DNA of 64,000 bases from Pavona decussata (lineage: Eukaryota): contig CDRNST010000020.1 in NCBI GenBank assembly GCA_977016875.1, forward strand, positions 5,208,001 to 5,272,000, in the 5' to 3' direction. Positions 1 to 12,290 of this stretch are shown piece after piece. A program made the position numbers and the translations under genes. The notes below the pieces were generated by a model. It was not told where the DNA came from and searched no databases. It worked only from the letters and a program-made list of their open reading frames with translations. The first letter of the stretch is position 1. Each line of letters opens with the position of its first letter.

Positions 1-1120
1 GTTTTATTTGGCTATTATCGCAACTGTTTCGTGGAACAAGGTATGACCAGTAATCCACATACATATACCCGCCAAAAACGGACTGATAATATCACAGTCA
101 GCCTGCATGTTTAATTTTTTTTTTGTCTTCAACCAGCCGGAACATATACATTTTTATAACCCCTGAAGTCGACTAGATATATGGCAAGCCGAACAAAAGC
201 CTTCAACCGTTTAAATATGCCTTTGAGTTGTATCGATCCTAGAGCGATTTAAGACACTGAACAGCTCAAGCAAGACCTTGTAACCCTCTAAAAAATGGCA
301 ACAGTGGGTCGGACTTTTAACAACTTCGCTTGTTTGAGCGCTCATTTGCATATAAAACTTACAAGCAAGGAATAAACTTCTCTCTTCTTTGTCACCTTCA
401 GACTCTGAACAACTTCGCAATGAAAAGGGTGGTTCACAGCAGGTGCTATAAACACTTTTTAGTAGCTTTATAAATAAAGCAAATATCGATTTTTAACAAT
501 CCAACAACTGTTTCGCGTGACTATTCTGATTTTTAACGGGAACGAAGTTTACAGTTGTGACTACTCAGCGCGCTTGATTGGTCGCAAAGAATCACTTATG
601 TCCAGGATCGAAAGCGTTGTAATTTACTAGTAAAACTCTATAGCAATTTTAGCAAAAAATAAACACATGACATGACATTGCTAGCAAAAACCTTCAACAA
701 AAGTAGCAAATGTAACAAGAATGACAAATGTAGTAGGAAGGTTTCTCCTGTAGGCATTATAATGGGGTTGCATTCCTGTGTTTTGTATGGTTTTAAGCCA
801 TAATGTTGCATTTGGAGCCCCTTAGAAAGTATTACTTGAAATAACCTGAACGTTGCACTTGCTTTGTAGTTATAACCTTCGCCTTTTCATCGTTTATCTC
901 ACAACACGTCACTTCAGTGCCTAAATTATTCAGTTAGAATTCATGTCTTATGTCTGCGGTACAGCATCAAAAGTAACAAGAAATTTTCCTGTTACTACCA
1001 AAAAGATCGTTAAAAAACCAAAATGCCCGTTAACAGGAATCGCATGTGTCACAAGGTTTGCACTGTTTAGCAAAAAAAGTGACAAATGCTTTTCTCGTAT
1101 TCTCGTTGCATTCCATTGCC

Positions 1121-1436
1121 AGCCGCGGCTGCACGAGCAATTTTTTGCTCGCGCAGGTGATGCCATTTTTTTTCAAATTTTGTTGCGTCGCCAGCGCGCA
1201 ATGGTGGCCACACGAAAAACAAATTAAAGGCCGCGCGTTACACGGCCAACTATCAGAGCGATTTTATTGCGAAAGTTTCAACTCTTGCCACTTTTTCTTG
1301 CCACTTTTTGAGCTTTCGCATCACCAGTGAGGGGGTGGCTACACTTGTGATCTTCATGGCGCTCTGGCGATGCAAAAAAAATTGAAAAAAATCGCATCAC
1401 CGGCGCGATCAAAAAATCGCTCGTGTAGCCGCGGCT
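1121..1436. mobile_element. MITE with ~55-bp terminal inverted repeats (PIF/Harbinger-like)
   Basis: agccgcggctgcacgagcaattttttgctcgcgcaggtgatgc at 1121 is the near-perfect reverse complement of gcatcaccggcgcgatcaaaaaatcgctcgtgtagccgcggct ending at 1436, followed by tta; no coding capacity. Confidence 0.7.
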
Positions 1437-1647
1437 TTATTCTTGCGTTATTCGCGATTTTTCACCCTTTTTACCTTTGTAGTGACTTTTTTGCTAAAAT
1501 TGTTGAAAAGATCTGCTGAAAATGTTTTGTTCCGCGAACACAGCATAACAGTACTACTCAGAAACTAATCCCCTTTCTCTCGGATGTGGTCAATTAATAC
1601 CTGTTGTAGACTGTTTTGAAACATTGTTGGTTCAAGTGTTTCCCTAG

Positions 1648-1939
1648 GCGCTGTAGCGAATGTAAGAAAAAAAGAAGCTTGCGCACCAACAGCTTTTTCG
1701 AAGAGTTTCCCAAAGTTGCACTAGGGACTCTGCTTCTGGTCATTCATCATTTTATCGCTGACGATTCGCAGAGGAAAACTGCGTGCACGTTACATCTAGA
1801 CCCAGGATTAGTTTCCAAGATATTCAGGGGATTACAAGATATGTGTTCCAGAGATTTGGTGAATAGGCCAGTCATCCCTTTTGGAGGCCTAGGTGTGGTC
1901 GTTAAATGTGACGAGAGCAAGTTTAATCACAAGAGCAAG
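1648..1939 (+). pseudogene. Merlin (IS1595/ISXO2-like) transposase, single exon remnant
   Basis: RCSECKKKRSLRTNSFF zinc-ribbon motif and FGGLGVVVKCDESKFNHKSK (first catalytic D of the ISXO2 family); bounded by acceptor tccctag (1647) and donor gtaag (1940); rest of the DDE domain not found. Confidence 0.8.
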
Positions 1940-2918
1940 GTAAGAGATTCTCTTGTTTATTTCAAGCTTATCACTGGCGTTTTTAAATCTCGATCTTGAG
2001 GCCTTTACTTGTGTGCAACTCGCCAACATGGTCTATACATATAAATGACGCGAATTGTGAAAATATTGAAGAAAGGATTGAAAATTGAGACGGAAGTGGA
2101 CGAAAATGTGAAATGTAGAGAGACATGCAGTCAGTACAAGATCGAGGTCAGGCTTCTGCTGTAAAAAAAACTTGTCCCGCCCACACGTGTTAGCACCAGT
2201 TTGATTTGAGCACTTTTTACCTTAGAAGGTGACTGTGATAAACAACTGATGTAGGAGAAAACAAAATTTTTTAAATACATGGCTAAAGGAGAGCGTTTCC
2301 GGGAAACAGGTCAAAGTTGGAAAGTTGGTCTTACTGTAAAAAAACACTTGTTGAAAATTTTAAACTTCAGCTAAAAGTATGAAGTGTAGCCAAGGGCGGA
2401 AAAAGAAAATTAATAAATGATGGAAAAAGGCCTGGTTAAAAAGGCAATATGGCTCCGCTTTTCTAGTTGCAATCCAAGTTTTGAAAGGTTTTTTTATAAA
2501 AGCGGTTGGCAAACGGCTTGGATGAAATAATAGGTCCCTGGTACATGACAGACAAAGAGAGTCGCCATCAAACGTTTCAATGTATAATTCAATTTACAAT
2601 TATTGGAGCGACATCAAGGTCAAAATCTGGGTATTGTTCGACAGGTGGCAGGGATTTTATTTTATTAGTTTGTAGACAGGTGTCTCCAATTAGATTCTTG
2701 TAAACTAGAATTTATTTATTTATTGACGCCCTTTATTCTCACTGAGAGTAACGTCAGAAAAAAAATATGCCTCGGGGATGATTTTAGCGCAAACGTATAA
2801 AAGAAACTGAAAGTCAGGCTCGCAGTCTCAAATCCCATGTGTACTGTAATTAATGGTTCGATCTCCAGACCTGAAACAAGAAACACGGGTAATTGGACTG
2901 CTAATACGGACAGTTAAC

Positions 2919-3306
2919 CAGGGGCACCCAACGGATCGTTTCGGTAAACTATCTGTTCAGAAGGCCCTTAATCCCCTACAATTTTCTAAAAATAATTTTC
3001 GCCTCGAACTTTCTTGATATGGGAAATTTAAGGCCTGGTGTTTTAAGATTGATAAAAATGTCGTTTCGGGTACCCAAAAAAAGGTCAGCTAAGATTTTCG
3101 GAAAGGAAATAAGACCAAAGTTTTCTGGAAAATGGACAAAAATGCCTTAGTAATTTCGAAAAGACTCAAGTTCCCCTAGAATGACCGAAAAGATAAAAAT
3201 ATTATAGCGCAGCTTTAAATGAATCTAGAGAGCTTTAAAGGCACCCCAGGTAACCTAAAATAGCGTTTCAAAGGATCTGAGAGAAAACTCCCATTGGGTT
3301 CCACTG
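2919..3306. mobile_element. hAT-type MITE with 7-bp target duplication
   Basis: termini caggggcacccaa ... ttgggttccactg (11/13 inverted match); agttaac present on both sides. Confidence 0.6.
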
Positions 3307-4932
3307 AGTTAACCACCTAGCCCTATGCTAGCCAATCAAAATCAAAACAAATTTCATAAACGCTTTGTCAATTTTTGGATAAAGGCCGTTACCATGGCAA
3401 CATCACATCTAATGACAGGCAGATACATTCTTATGTTTAGCCTAAATTCGTTAATATTTATACTTTCCTTCGTTGAAATATTTTATTCTTTGCCACATTA
3501 ATTATGGAAAAATACGAGGCTCACTAGAGTTTTAAGACCTTGCCTAAATAGGGTTAATTGCAAAAGAAAATCTAGTTATTTTGTCTTTGAACTTTTGTTC
3601 TAGAGATTTACCAGTATGGGTACCAATATAATAAGGCTTTTTTATAGGTAGATAGGTAGATATTCTGTTATTTTTAGCCTTTACTTCTATAATATTTTTA
3701 TTTCCCTTCGGTGAAATGTCTTTAATTTTTTGTCACATTATGGAAATGATATTGCCAGATATTCCGTAATTTGTTATTTTTCGCAAGTGAGCAGATTAGC
3801 TCTGACAAATGTTAACAAAAAGAAGATATTTTATAGGTACTGCATCTGTTTACCACTTGGCCGATTTTCAAAAAAATCCACCGATGTAAGTTTTTCCGAT
3901 TTTTGCTGTCTGACGTCACAAAAATTCAGAAAAAACACGCGCGGTTCGATGTTTACGCGCGCGTTGTCTACGCGAAACCATCATGCCCGACTGCATGCGT
4001 ATTCAAACAGTACTGAAACTATTTTGACTGAGCCATCGACAGTGTTTATGAGTATCTATACCGTAATATCTCCCCAATTACGAAAGGAGAGGAAGAAAGT
4101 ACTTGACTATTGTAGCCAAAATTCGTCTCAAATCAGTCTCATGCAACACGCACAGCCAAATTGAAATCACTCACTTCTGAGTTACTCTGTGAATTGGTCC
4201 CTGCTGTTATTTTCCTCCAGTGTGTTAAGGGTGGATATTTAAAATTTGGCCACCAAGTCGCAAAGATAAGAAAGTGTCTATTTTCTGCATAAAAAATGAC
4301 TTAGCCTTACATAAAGTTTGGCAAAAATAATTACTTCACTTTTTTGACCACATGAAAGTTATCTTTTTTGTCACGTGACAACTCTAAAAGCTTCAAAATG
4401 TTTGTAACAACAATGTTAACACAGTTCAGTATTTTAATGTGGTAAATATCATTTCCGTTGTCAGATGTTTATATGGAAAGCATGCAACGTGAACTACTTT
4501 TCTTCATTTGTTTCTGTAAACACATGGACATGATTAAAAGCCCTCAATAGGAGTAAAAGAACAAAGAAATAAAAATATTTGTTTAAGATAGCTTCCCCTA
4601 CCTTGTTTTCGACAAAAGACTTGCAGATGAAAGAACTAGTGAAAAGGGTAAGGGTACAAGTGAAAAGGGTACTAAAATTACTCGCCAAGTTTCACAACGA
4701 TCGGATAAATCGGTGAAACAAAATAGGTCACAGTTGAATACCAACGTACTTTTTATAGACTTGCCATTTCGTATGCTACGCGACAGACGTTTTCAAAAGA
4801 GAAGATGTTACTACTGATTAATAAGTTGTATCCTTTTACAGCTTTACTGTTAAGTTATTTTTCCTTAATCTCGGTTTCAAACCCCTATATTAAAATGTAA
4901 AATGTAAATTGCCTACATGTAGCATACTAATT

Positions 4933-6577
4933 GAAGGGCTGGGAGCATAACCGACTTATGTCGAATTTCAGCCCGTTTTTCGATGTAGCTGGGATTTGTG
5001 CAAAGTTTTGCATGTGAACCGCAATTCGATTGAAAACCGTTGTCCAGTATTTTTTCACGCCGCTTTGTGTTTCGTATTAATGCCATTGAGAAATTTTACC
5101 ATCTTGTAAAGATATATCGGTAACATTATAGACACTGGATGACCAAAAGGACAATGCACTGAGGATTAAATACTTGTATTCAATATACACTCGTTGTCTT
5201 TGAAACACGGCACACGAAAGCGGTGTTTTTCGCGGGAGCAACGAAAAGAATGCTGTCATGCTTTTATTTGATTCTGTTACAAACTACTACGTACGTGACA
5301 GGAATGTCCGAAATGTAAACAGTTACATCCTCCAAGAGAAAATGTGTCCATTTCCTGGCGTAAAATCCAGCTTTGTCCCGTTTGTCGACATATCACTCTT
5401 CATAATGCAAAATACTAGCATTCTACACGATTAACAGGAAGACATGTAGCCATTTCAACGATTAACAACGATTAACGGCAGTTCTATTAAAAGGTAAAGA
5501 CTATCTATTCTTTTTTACGAGCAGTCGGTGTTAACCATTGAAAATCTATGTTAATCGTACTTTTATTGAATCATTGCCTTGAAATTGTCAAGTTAATCGT
5601 TACATACCGAATTTCAAGCCCGGCAAACCACAACTAAGGCTTGCAAAACACCTTGCACATGGCAGGATTTGTCTCTGATGCTCCCGCGGGATTTGATAAT
5701 CGAATTGAAAAATTCATCACGGCACAGTTATCACTACCAAGGAGGGATTCTTTGGACATCATTTCCACCAGTTCCTGTGAACTGCATTCCTCAATTTCAT
5801 AACTTTTCAAAAGATCCATAGATGTCGGTGAGTTTACAAACTTCACCAAACAAAAGCGAAACCAACTAGCCAGTACGATACGCAAGTTGTTTATCCCGAC
5901 TTCCTTGATCTATTTTGGGCTTGTTACAACCCGCAAAAGTAAACCATGATATCGTCTCAAACGTTACTTTTAGAAACAACAACTGGTGCGACTAAACACA
6001 GCTCGTGGACAGTGGAAACTTTTAGCCTACCGATAATTTGAAAAACAAGTCTGACGTGGACAAAACCTATGAAAAAATTTGCCTTTCAAGCGTGTTCACT
6101 TGTAGACAAGCAAACTACCAAATACCCCTCCCCCTCCCCCTGACTCAACTTGTAGACAAGCAAACTACCAAATACCTCTCCCCCTCCCCCTCCCCCTCCC
6201 CCTCCCCCTGACTCAATGTTGTCTTTTGGGTCACGAACAGTTTCCTGGCAAGCATCACTTCCCACATCAACATTGCATAAGGGGAAGGGGGGAAGGGAGA
6301 AGTAACTGTTGTAGAATTATGAAGGGAGAAACAGTAAGTGAGTGGCTTTTTGGCTGTCTGTGTTCGGTTCTCAATGCTTAGGGGGAGGGGGTGGGAGGGA
6401 GAAGTAAGCAAGTGGTTTTTGTTCTGTTCGTGTTTGGTTTTCTCAAGGAGTTTTGTCCACGATTGTAAAACCGCGAAATGTTTTCCAAACCAGGGAGAGC
6501 CAAAATTCGGACAAATCCGTGCGAAATCGAAAGCCGCGCTAAAATTCGACATAAGTCGGTTATGCCCTCAGACCTTC
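4933..6577. mobile_element. Non-autonomous TIR DNA transposon, ~80-bp TIRs, AATT target duplication (Sola-like by TSD)
   Basis: gaagggctgggagcataaccgacttatgtcgaattt... at 4933 vs ...aaattcgacataagtcggttatgccctcagaccttc ending 6577; aatt on both sides; no recognisable internal protein. Confidence 0.75.
6055..6467. mobile_element. Tc1/mariner-type MITE nested in the previous element
   Basis: cgtggacaaaac at 6055 vs gttttgtccacgattgta ending 6467; internal ~52-bp tandem duplication (acttgtagacaagcaaactaccaaatacc) and (CCCCCT)n tract. Confidence 0.45.
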
Positions 6578-7156
6578 AATTGCATGTCAAGTCTATATAA
6601 AATGCGTTAGATTGTCATATTTATCTCCACTGTTTGTGTTTTATTTTTAACCAAGCTACAATGGCTATTGTCAAATGGTGAATTATATGAGTAGGGTTTG
6701 ACAAGTTAGTAGTAGGGAACTAGTTTTAGGAAATAGCTAAATAACCAGCCATTTATCTATCATTCAAACACATTTAATTATCATTCAAAAACATTTATCT
6801 ATCGTTCAAACACTTGCAAATCCGGCTATTAAACTAGCAGTGTTGTAAGTTTGTAACTTTACTTAATTAATGACATGGCGCCTTATTTTGTTTTCAAATC
6901 ATCGCTGTTATTCAAAAAATAAAAACTTCTTTCCGTGCAAGAACAACATTAGTTACGTGTTGCTGTTTGTATTGTATCGTGTCTAAAACAGCTACAATTT
7001 ATATATTTTTATTGAAAATTGACAAAATAAAATAACAGCAAAGGAAAACCATAATTTTTTTAGTTGAGTGTGGTTGGTGGGGATGTGTGGGGTATATCCT
7101 AGCACCTTCTTAAAAAAAATGATAGTCTGTTTGCAAAGAGAGGACACACAAAGCGA

Positions 7157-7387
7157 CTAGACTGGAAGGAAGAGAAAAAACAAACAAGAGAGAGAGAAAG
7201 AGAGAGAAAAAAGAAATTGGGGTGAGGGGGGAGGTTGGTGGGGACGGGAAGGAGAGGTTCCCCTTCTTTTTCTTCTTCCCACCTCTCCCAAGTCCCCCTT
7301 TCGCTTGTTCGAGCCAGTTTTCTGTTTGTTTGCCCGGGGATTTCGGGCGCTCTCTAGACTATCCAAAAGGGACTGCTAGCAATCTAG
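7157..7387. mobile_element. MITE with TAG termini (Academ-like)
   Basis: ctagactg... and ...gactgctagcaatctag; purine-rich and pyrimidine-rich halves are roughly complementary. Confidence 0.45.
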
Positions 7388-7669
7388 AAGATTTAACAAC
7401 GTGTAACCAGAAATGTTATAATAAACGGAGGGGAAATAGACACAAAACATGCTTAAACAATGTGTCCAAGAATTCAAGGGGTTCCTGCTGGTATATTGAA
7501 CGTTAAGCAGAAAACAACACCGACAACAATAATAAACTCGAGTAAACAATTATTAAAGAAAGGGACAAAGAGAAAAAACACAGTTTACCAATAAAAAAAT
7601 GGGTTTGTTTTTAATTAGTGCATTTTCTTTTCTTTTCTTTTTTTTTCTGTACAAGACAGAAAGATTAGA

Positions 7670-8002
7670 AATCGAGTTCGATTTCTGCCGAATTCGAAAT
7701 TAACCGAACTCGAAAAAAGTCGAGTTCAATTAAGCAACAACTCGAATAAAAGTCAAGTTCGACATTAGAACGAACTTGGATTAAAGTCGAGGTCGATATT
7801 TAGTTCTAACACCGAGCTCGATTTAAAACGACCTCGCTTTTGAAATCGAGCATGTTTTTAGGGCACGGTGTCAGATCCGAAGTGTGCTTTCAGTTGGAGT
7901 TCAACTTTGAGTGAGTACGACTTAAATAGAGTACAGTATTGGAGACCTGTATACACTTTATCATTTGAATTCGAAATTGGAAATTCGACCTCGGTTGCCC
8001 AG
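7670..8002. repeat. Array of TCGAGTTCGA/CGAACTCGA motifs, probably the subterminal repeats of a truncated DNA transposon
   Basis: more than ten copies in alternating orientation, ending in aattcgacctcggttgcccag. Confidence 0.55.
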
Positions 8003-8089
8003 AAACAAAAATTGATCCGCACTTTTAACCACGGCATTTTGATAAAAATTCATTCAAGCTGGAAAGCAAACTTCGATAATTACTACTCG

Positions 8090-8380
8090 CGGTGAAGTCA
8101 ATCGAACGAAGCCGAGCAAGTTATCATTGAAACCCAATCTTTCGATTAATTTGGCGATCAAACATAACCTGCCTGGGGCTTTGGGAACTTAATTTGGTGT
8201 TCTCTAAAATCTTACCTGCATATTCTTGTTTGAAACATAACTTATGTGATCACAACGATTGAAGAAAGTACAATTGGAAACAAGTGTGAGTTCGAATGTG
8301 CTTGATGACCGAATTCAAATAAATTAAACGATTAGAGCTCGATTGAGTTTGATCATTGAAAGTTCGATTGACTTCACCGG
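8090..8380. mobile_element. MITE with cggtgaagtcaatcgaac TIRs
   Basis: cggtgaagtcaatcgaac (8090) vs gttcgattgacttcaccg (8362-8379). Confidence 0.6.
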
Positions 8381-8891
8381 ATAATAGACCTCTATAACCA
8401 CCCTAGTGATTAGCTAATTGTTGAACTCGCTGATTCAAACAACAGAAACCTAAAACTGGTTATGATTATATAGTACGCGCGCGTTATGTCAAAAGATTTG
8501 AGATACTTCGTTCTCAGCCAAGAGATCTTAGCCGGATGGTAATCTATATTTTTTTATAAACGGAATAAAAATTGATATCGTCAAATCGGGTAACAGTAAG
8601 GAAAGTGGTGTTGAATAACTGTTTGAAACATAACTTATGCGACCACAACGATTGAAGAAAGTACGATTGGAAACAAGTGTGAATTCGAATATGCTTGATT
8701 ACTGAATTCATATAAATCAAACGATTGGAGGTCGATTGAGTTTGATCATTGAAAGTTTGATTGACTTCACCGGGTAATTATGATTCTATAGTATACTTCG
8801 TTCTCGGCCAAAACTTTGCTTTTACAGAAAGGAATAGAAACTAAAATCGTCAAAATGGGAAACACTAAGGAAAGTGGTGTTGAATAACTGA
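8228..8891. repeat. Diverged local tandem duplication of the MITE right half plus flank
   Basis: 8228-8381 is repeated at 8621-8774; atacttcgttctc(a/g)gccaa and taaggaaagtggtgttgaataactg are also duplicated. Confidence 0.8.
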
Positions 8892-9295
8892 CGAAGAAAC
8901 TGACTTAATTCAGATTGTTACACAATAATAGTTTAGTATGTAGATCATCTTTACCTTGTCGGGCCATGAAACTTTCTTTTTTGGCGGCTCAATGTTCTCG
9001 TTTTCCGCACTTGACATGTCCGGCAGGTACTCTTTTATCCATTCGAGGTCTTTTGAGTTCAACACATCCTCGTCATCTACAAGAACAAATTGTTAAGATA
9101 TTAGTTATGTTATAAACAGTGTTAACCAGTTTATAAAACAGAAAAGCAGAGAGTCGAGCATCCAAATGGCATAAAACTGTATCAGTTACCAGTTTCATTA
9201 AGTTAAAATTTTCATGTTGGACCTTTTAGGAACTGTTCGTACAACAACATGCTAGGATCGATGCGGAAGATCTGATTTAGAAGATTCTACTGACT

Positions 9296-11060
9296 TTCAG
9301 CGATGTACTTTATGTATCACCGTAAATATTTGTTTTGACAACTTACCATTCAAGGCCAATATTTCAGCGTGAACCTTTCTCCCCTGCCAGTCCATCAGGA
9401 TTGATTTCGTTTGGCAGAGACGAAGGAGACGGAAGAATGACGTTTCTCTTAAACAACATAAATGATTGTTCCGGGCTTGACATGAATTCTCTGTAGAAGG
9501 CCATTCCAGGGTTTTCCTTTGAAAAGCGAAAATGATGAAACTTGGTAATGTTTGGAAGCTTCTTAAAGTATTGTCCAAAGAATGAAATTCAGTCATATAC
9601 CGGAAGAATCACTCTCCCATCGTGCGTTCCCACCAGTTGTGCCTTGTTTACTCCAGTTGAGCTGGAAGTCTCTACCAGGCGCGCAAATTCGTACAGCGAT
9701 GAGACATGGTTGACTTTGTACGCTTTCTTTATTAACCCGAAACAACGGTCCGGAGCAAACTTCGTGTGACCAGGGACAAGAAAAGAGTAAGTGATGGTAT
9801 GATGCAGATTCATCATAGTTCTCCATGCCAAATACCACAGGAAATAATTATTTTTATTTTGTCCGGCACAGTTGTCAGCATTCAGATGCGCGTCTGTTTC
9901 TCCCAGTCCATGTTTTTTTAAATAGTGGTGCACGTAACTGATGGTTGGATTGGCTCCTTTGCCGGTAGAAGAAGCCTCGTCTATGATAAAATTGACCTGT
10001 CTTGGTAGGCCTTTGCAAATAACACCAAATAGCCCACACTTTCTAGGAGTCTTGAAGGACATAGGTCCAGGTTGAAAGGGATTGCTGGGGATGTTGACCT
10101 GTTGAGCGTAATCGAAGGAATAGTGAATTGTAGCATTAAGAGAGCAGGGCTCTGGGCTTCCACTTCTTAGAAAGGTTCTGGTTCCAATTTTTTCCAGAGT
10201 ATTCTCGGAGCTGAGACATGAGTCCCTGTAAAACTGTCTTTCTGCCTGAGCACAGTTCAGATGTTCCTGGTGAGCTTTCACACATTCCGGTTTTACGTTA
10301 TCCGACAGGTTTGCGGCTCTTTGTAATTTCGTAGTGTTCTGCTGGCAGGTGAAGCAGAGATCAGTCATTGGTTTGGCGACCACCACGTTGGGATAAAATT
10401 GTTCCCATAGCTGTAGGAACTTCGTGTAACAAACTGCTTGCAAATCTAAGGCTTCACAAGCCACTTCATATGCTCGCCACACGCTTTTCTTGGTTTCGGA
10501 TAAAGACAGGACTTTGATTTCATCGCCCTTAAATCCCAGAATCCTTCCAGGGAGGGAGATCGCATTTTCCTCCACATAGTTCGACAAGAATGCCTTAACT
10601 CCTTCGATCGTAGCTTGGGAAACCGTGGTTGTGTGGCAGTCTCTTCGTGTTGCCATGTGTTCTCAGGGAGACACCGTGATTTTGGTAATGCTCTTTCAGC
10701 TGCCGAAATCGAGAGTCACTCAGTCCGCAGAAGTGTAGGAACATTTCTTTGCAAATAGGTAGTGAGTGAAAGTAGAAGCTGCATCAAGGGTTCCTACTTT
10801 ATTTGGTTCCACTGGTCTCACGGTGGGTGAAAGCTTGAATACTTGCTAATATCACCAAGTCAAGCTCGTCATTTGATAGTTCCAAGCAATTATTTAAGTT
10901 AAATAGGACTTCTGCTTCCGAAAACTGTCCAGAACATGGACCACTCTTCGCTCCAAGAGCACAGCCACATCTATCGCGCACAAATTTTTTGAATTTTTCG
11001 ATATGTTGTTCGTTCTCTGTTTCTTCTTGATTTAAAACTTTCCTGATTGCATCTTACCAA
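9296..11060 (-). pseudogene. Sola (probably Sola2) DDD transposase, frameshifted
   Basis: 355-aa ORF 9589-10656 with PMTDLCFTC, HYSFDYAQQ, GKGAN, LNADNCAGQNKN and FLVPGHTKFAPDRCFG; N-terminal CGC-x7-PC fragment 10799-10981 with stops and frameshifts. Confidence 0.85.
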
Positions 11061-11769
11061 AAGGCATAGTGTTATCGGTCGTCACAACAGTTTTTTGTTG
11101 TCATGGAAAAACAGTGGAGAATAAGCATTTTGACAACGGGGAGGCGTGCTGCGTGACTCGAAGACCAGTCCTTGACACGTGAGCAGTGTTTACCTCCTGG
11201 AACGTCACATGGTAATTTAGTTGTCATCCACCTCACAGGTTAGACTTTCAAAAAAGTCCTTGGTCTTATTTACCTCTTGCGACTTTGTCGCTCGCTCGGC
11301 CGCTTTGCGGCCTAAAAGGCTTGCTTCGTTTGCTTAGCTATAGCTAATTCGTGAGGTCGACTTGTGGCAAGTCTACTCACAGGTACGCTTATTTAAAGTT
11401 ACAGTCTCTAGTACAAACAAATGACTTGAATATGTTTCAAAGAGTTTTTTGTAACACATTTATTTATAGTGATAGAATTTTATTCGGGTCATGCATTATC
11501 AGTCAACAGCAAAAACCAATCGTCAAAACTTTCGCTAGACGTACAATAAAATCATTCGATTCGTCTTTTTCCCTCTTGCGACTATGTCGCTCCCTCATGG
11601 TCAGTTTCTTTCGCAGAAGTTATAACAAATTTGTTTAGGATACGCCTGCGAACGAGAATTTCGCTCGCTCGTCTGCTTCGTGACCTATTAAGGTCGCTTT
11701 GGCGAAATCTTTCTTTACGTATGGAGCAGTGAAACTTCTGACCGAAACATGGCTATTTCTCACTCAATT

Positions 11770-12073
11770 CTAACGGCAGATGGTAAACAGTTTAACGGAA
11801 GGTCATTTTTTCTAACGCCTCTGCCAGGCGTTCCAACGGATACAAATTTTGTATTAACACCTACGCTGTCCGCTCTAACACTCTAATTCTAACGGCTAAT
11901 GGATACAGAACTTCAGCTAACGGGTAAACTTTTTGTTCTAACGCTAAACTATTAAAGCTAATGGTTTTGTTAACGCCTCTAACACTTTTGAAAGAGCTTT
12001 CTAACGGGCAGCTAACGGATGGTTAACGGTTTTGCCCGTTTAACGGATAAGCATTAAAGTACGTTTTCCCGTG
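11770..12073. mobile_element. One end of an EnSpm/CACTA-like element with a TAACGG subterminal repeat array
   Basis: about 15 (c)taacgg/taacgc motifs ending in gttttcccgtg|ta (reverse complement CACGGGAAAAC); partner end not found. Confidence 0.5.
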
Positions 12074-12290
12074 TACGGTCACAAATGTTGTAATAACTCT
12101 TATTTTCCCTTGTACTATCACTACAGGTATGCACCGTCACCAAGGAATAACTTACAATCATAGAAAGTTTTTTCAATTAATGAATTAAAGGAGGACAGTT
12201 TTGAGCTTATCTTTTCATTGTTTAATAATTGTAGCTCAAAACTACCAAATATTATAGTGAAATGCTTACCCAACCGTAAATTGTGCGTCA

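Noticed and set aside
7670-8002. Possible regulatory or iteron array
   Set aside because: Better explained as transposon subterminal repeats; no associated gene.
211-9115. Numerous 60-140-aa ORFs in the supplied track
   Set aside because: Apart from the Merlin exon they overlap MITEs or repeats, often use non-ATG starts and show no recognisable motifs.
9150-9175. GAG-start TIR of the Sola2 element
   Set aside because: No matching inverted copy found on the other side of the transposase.
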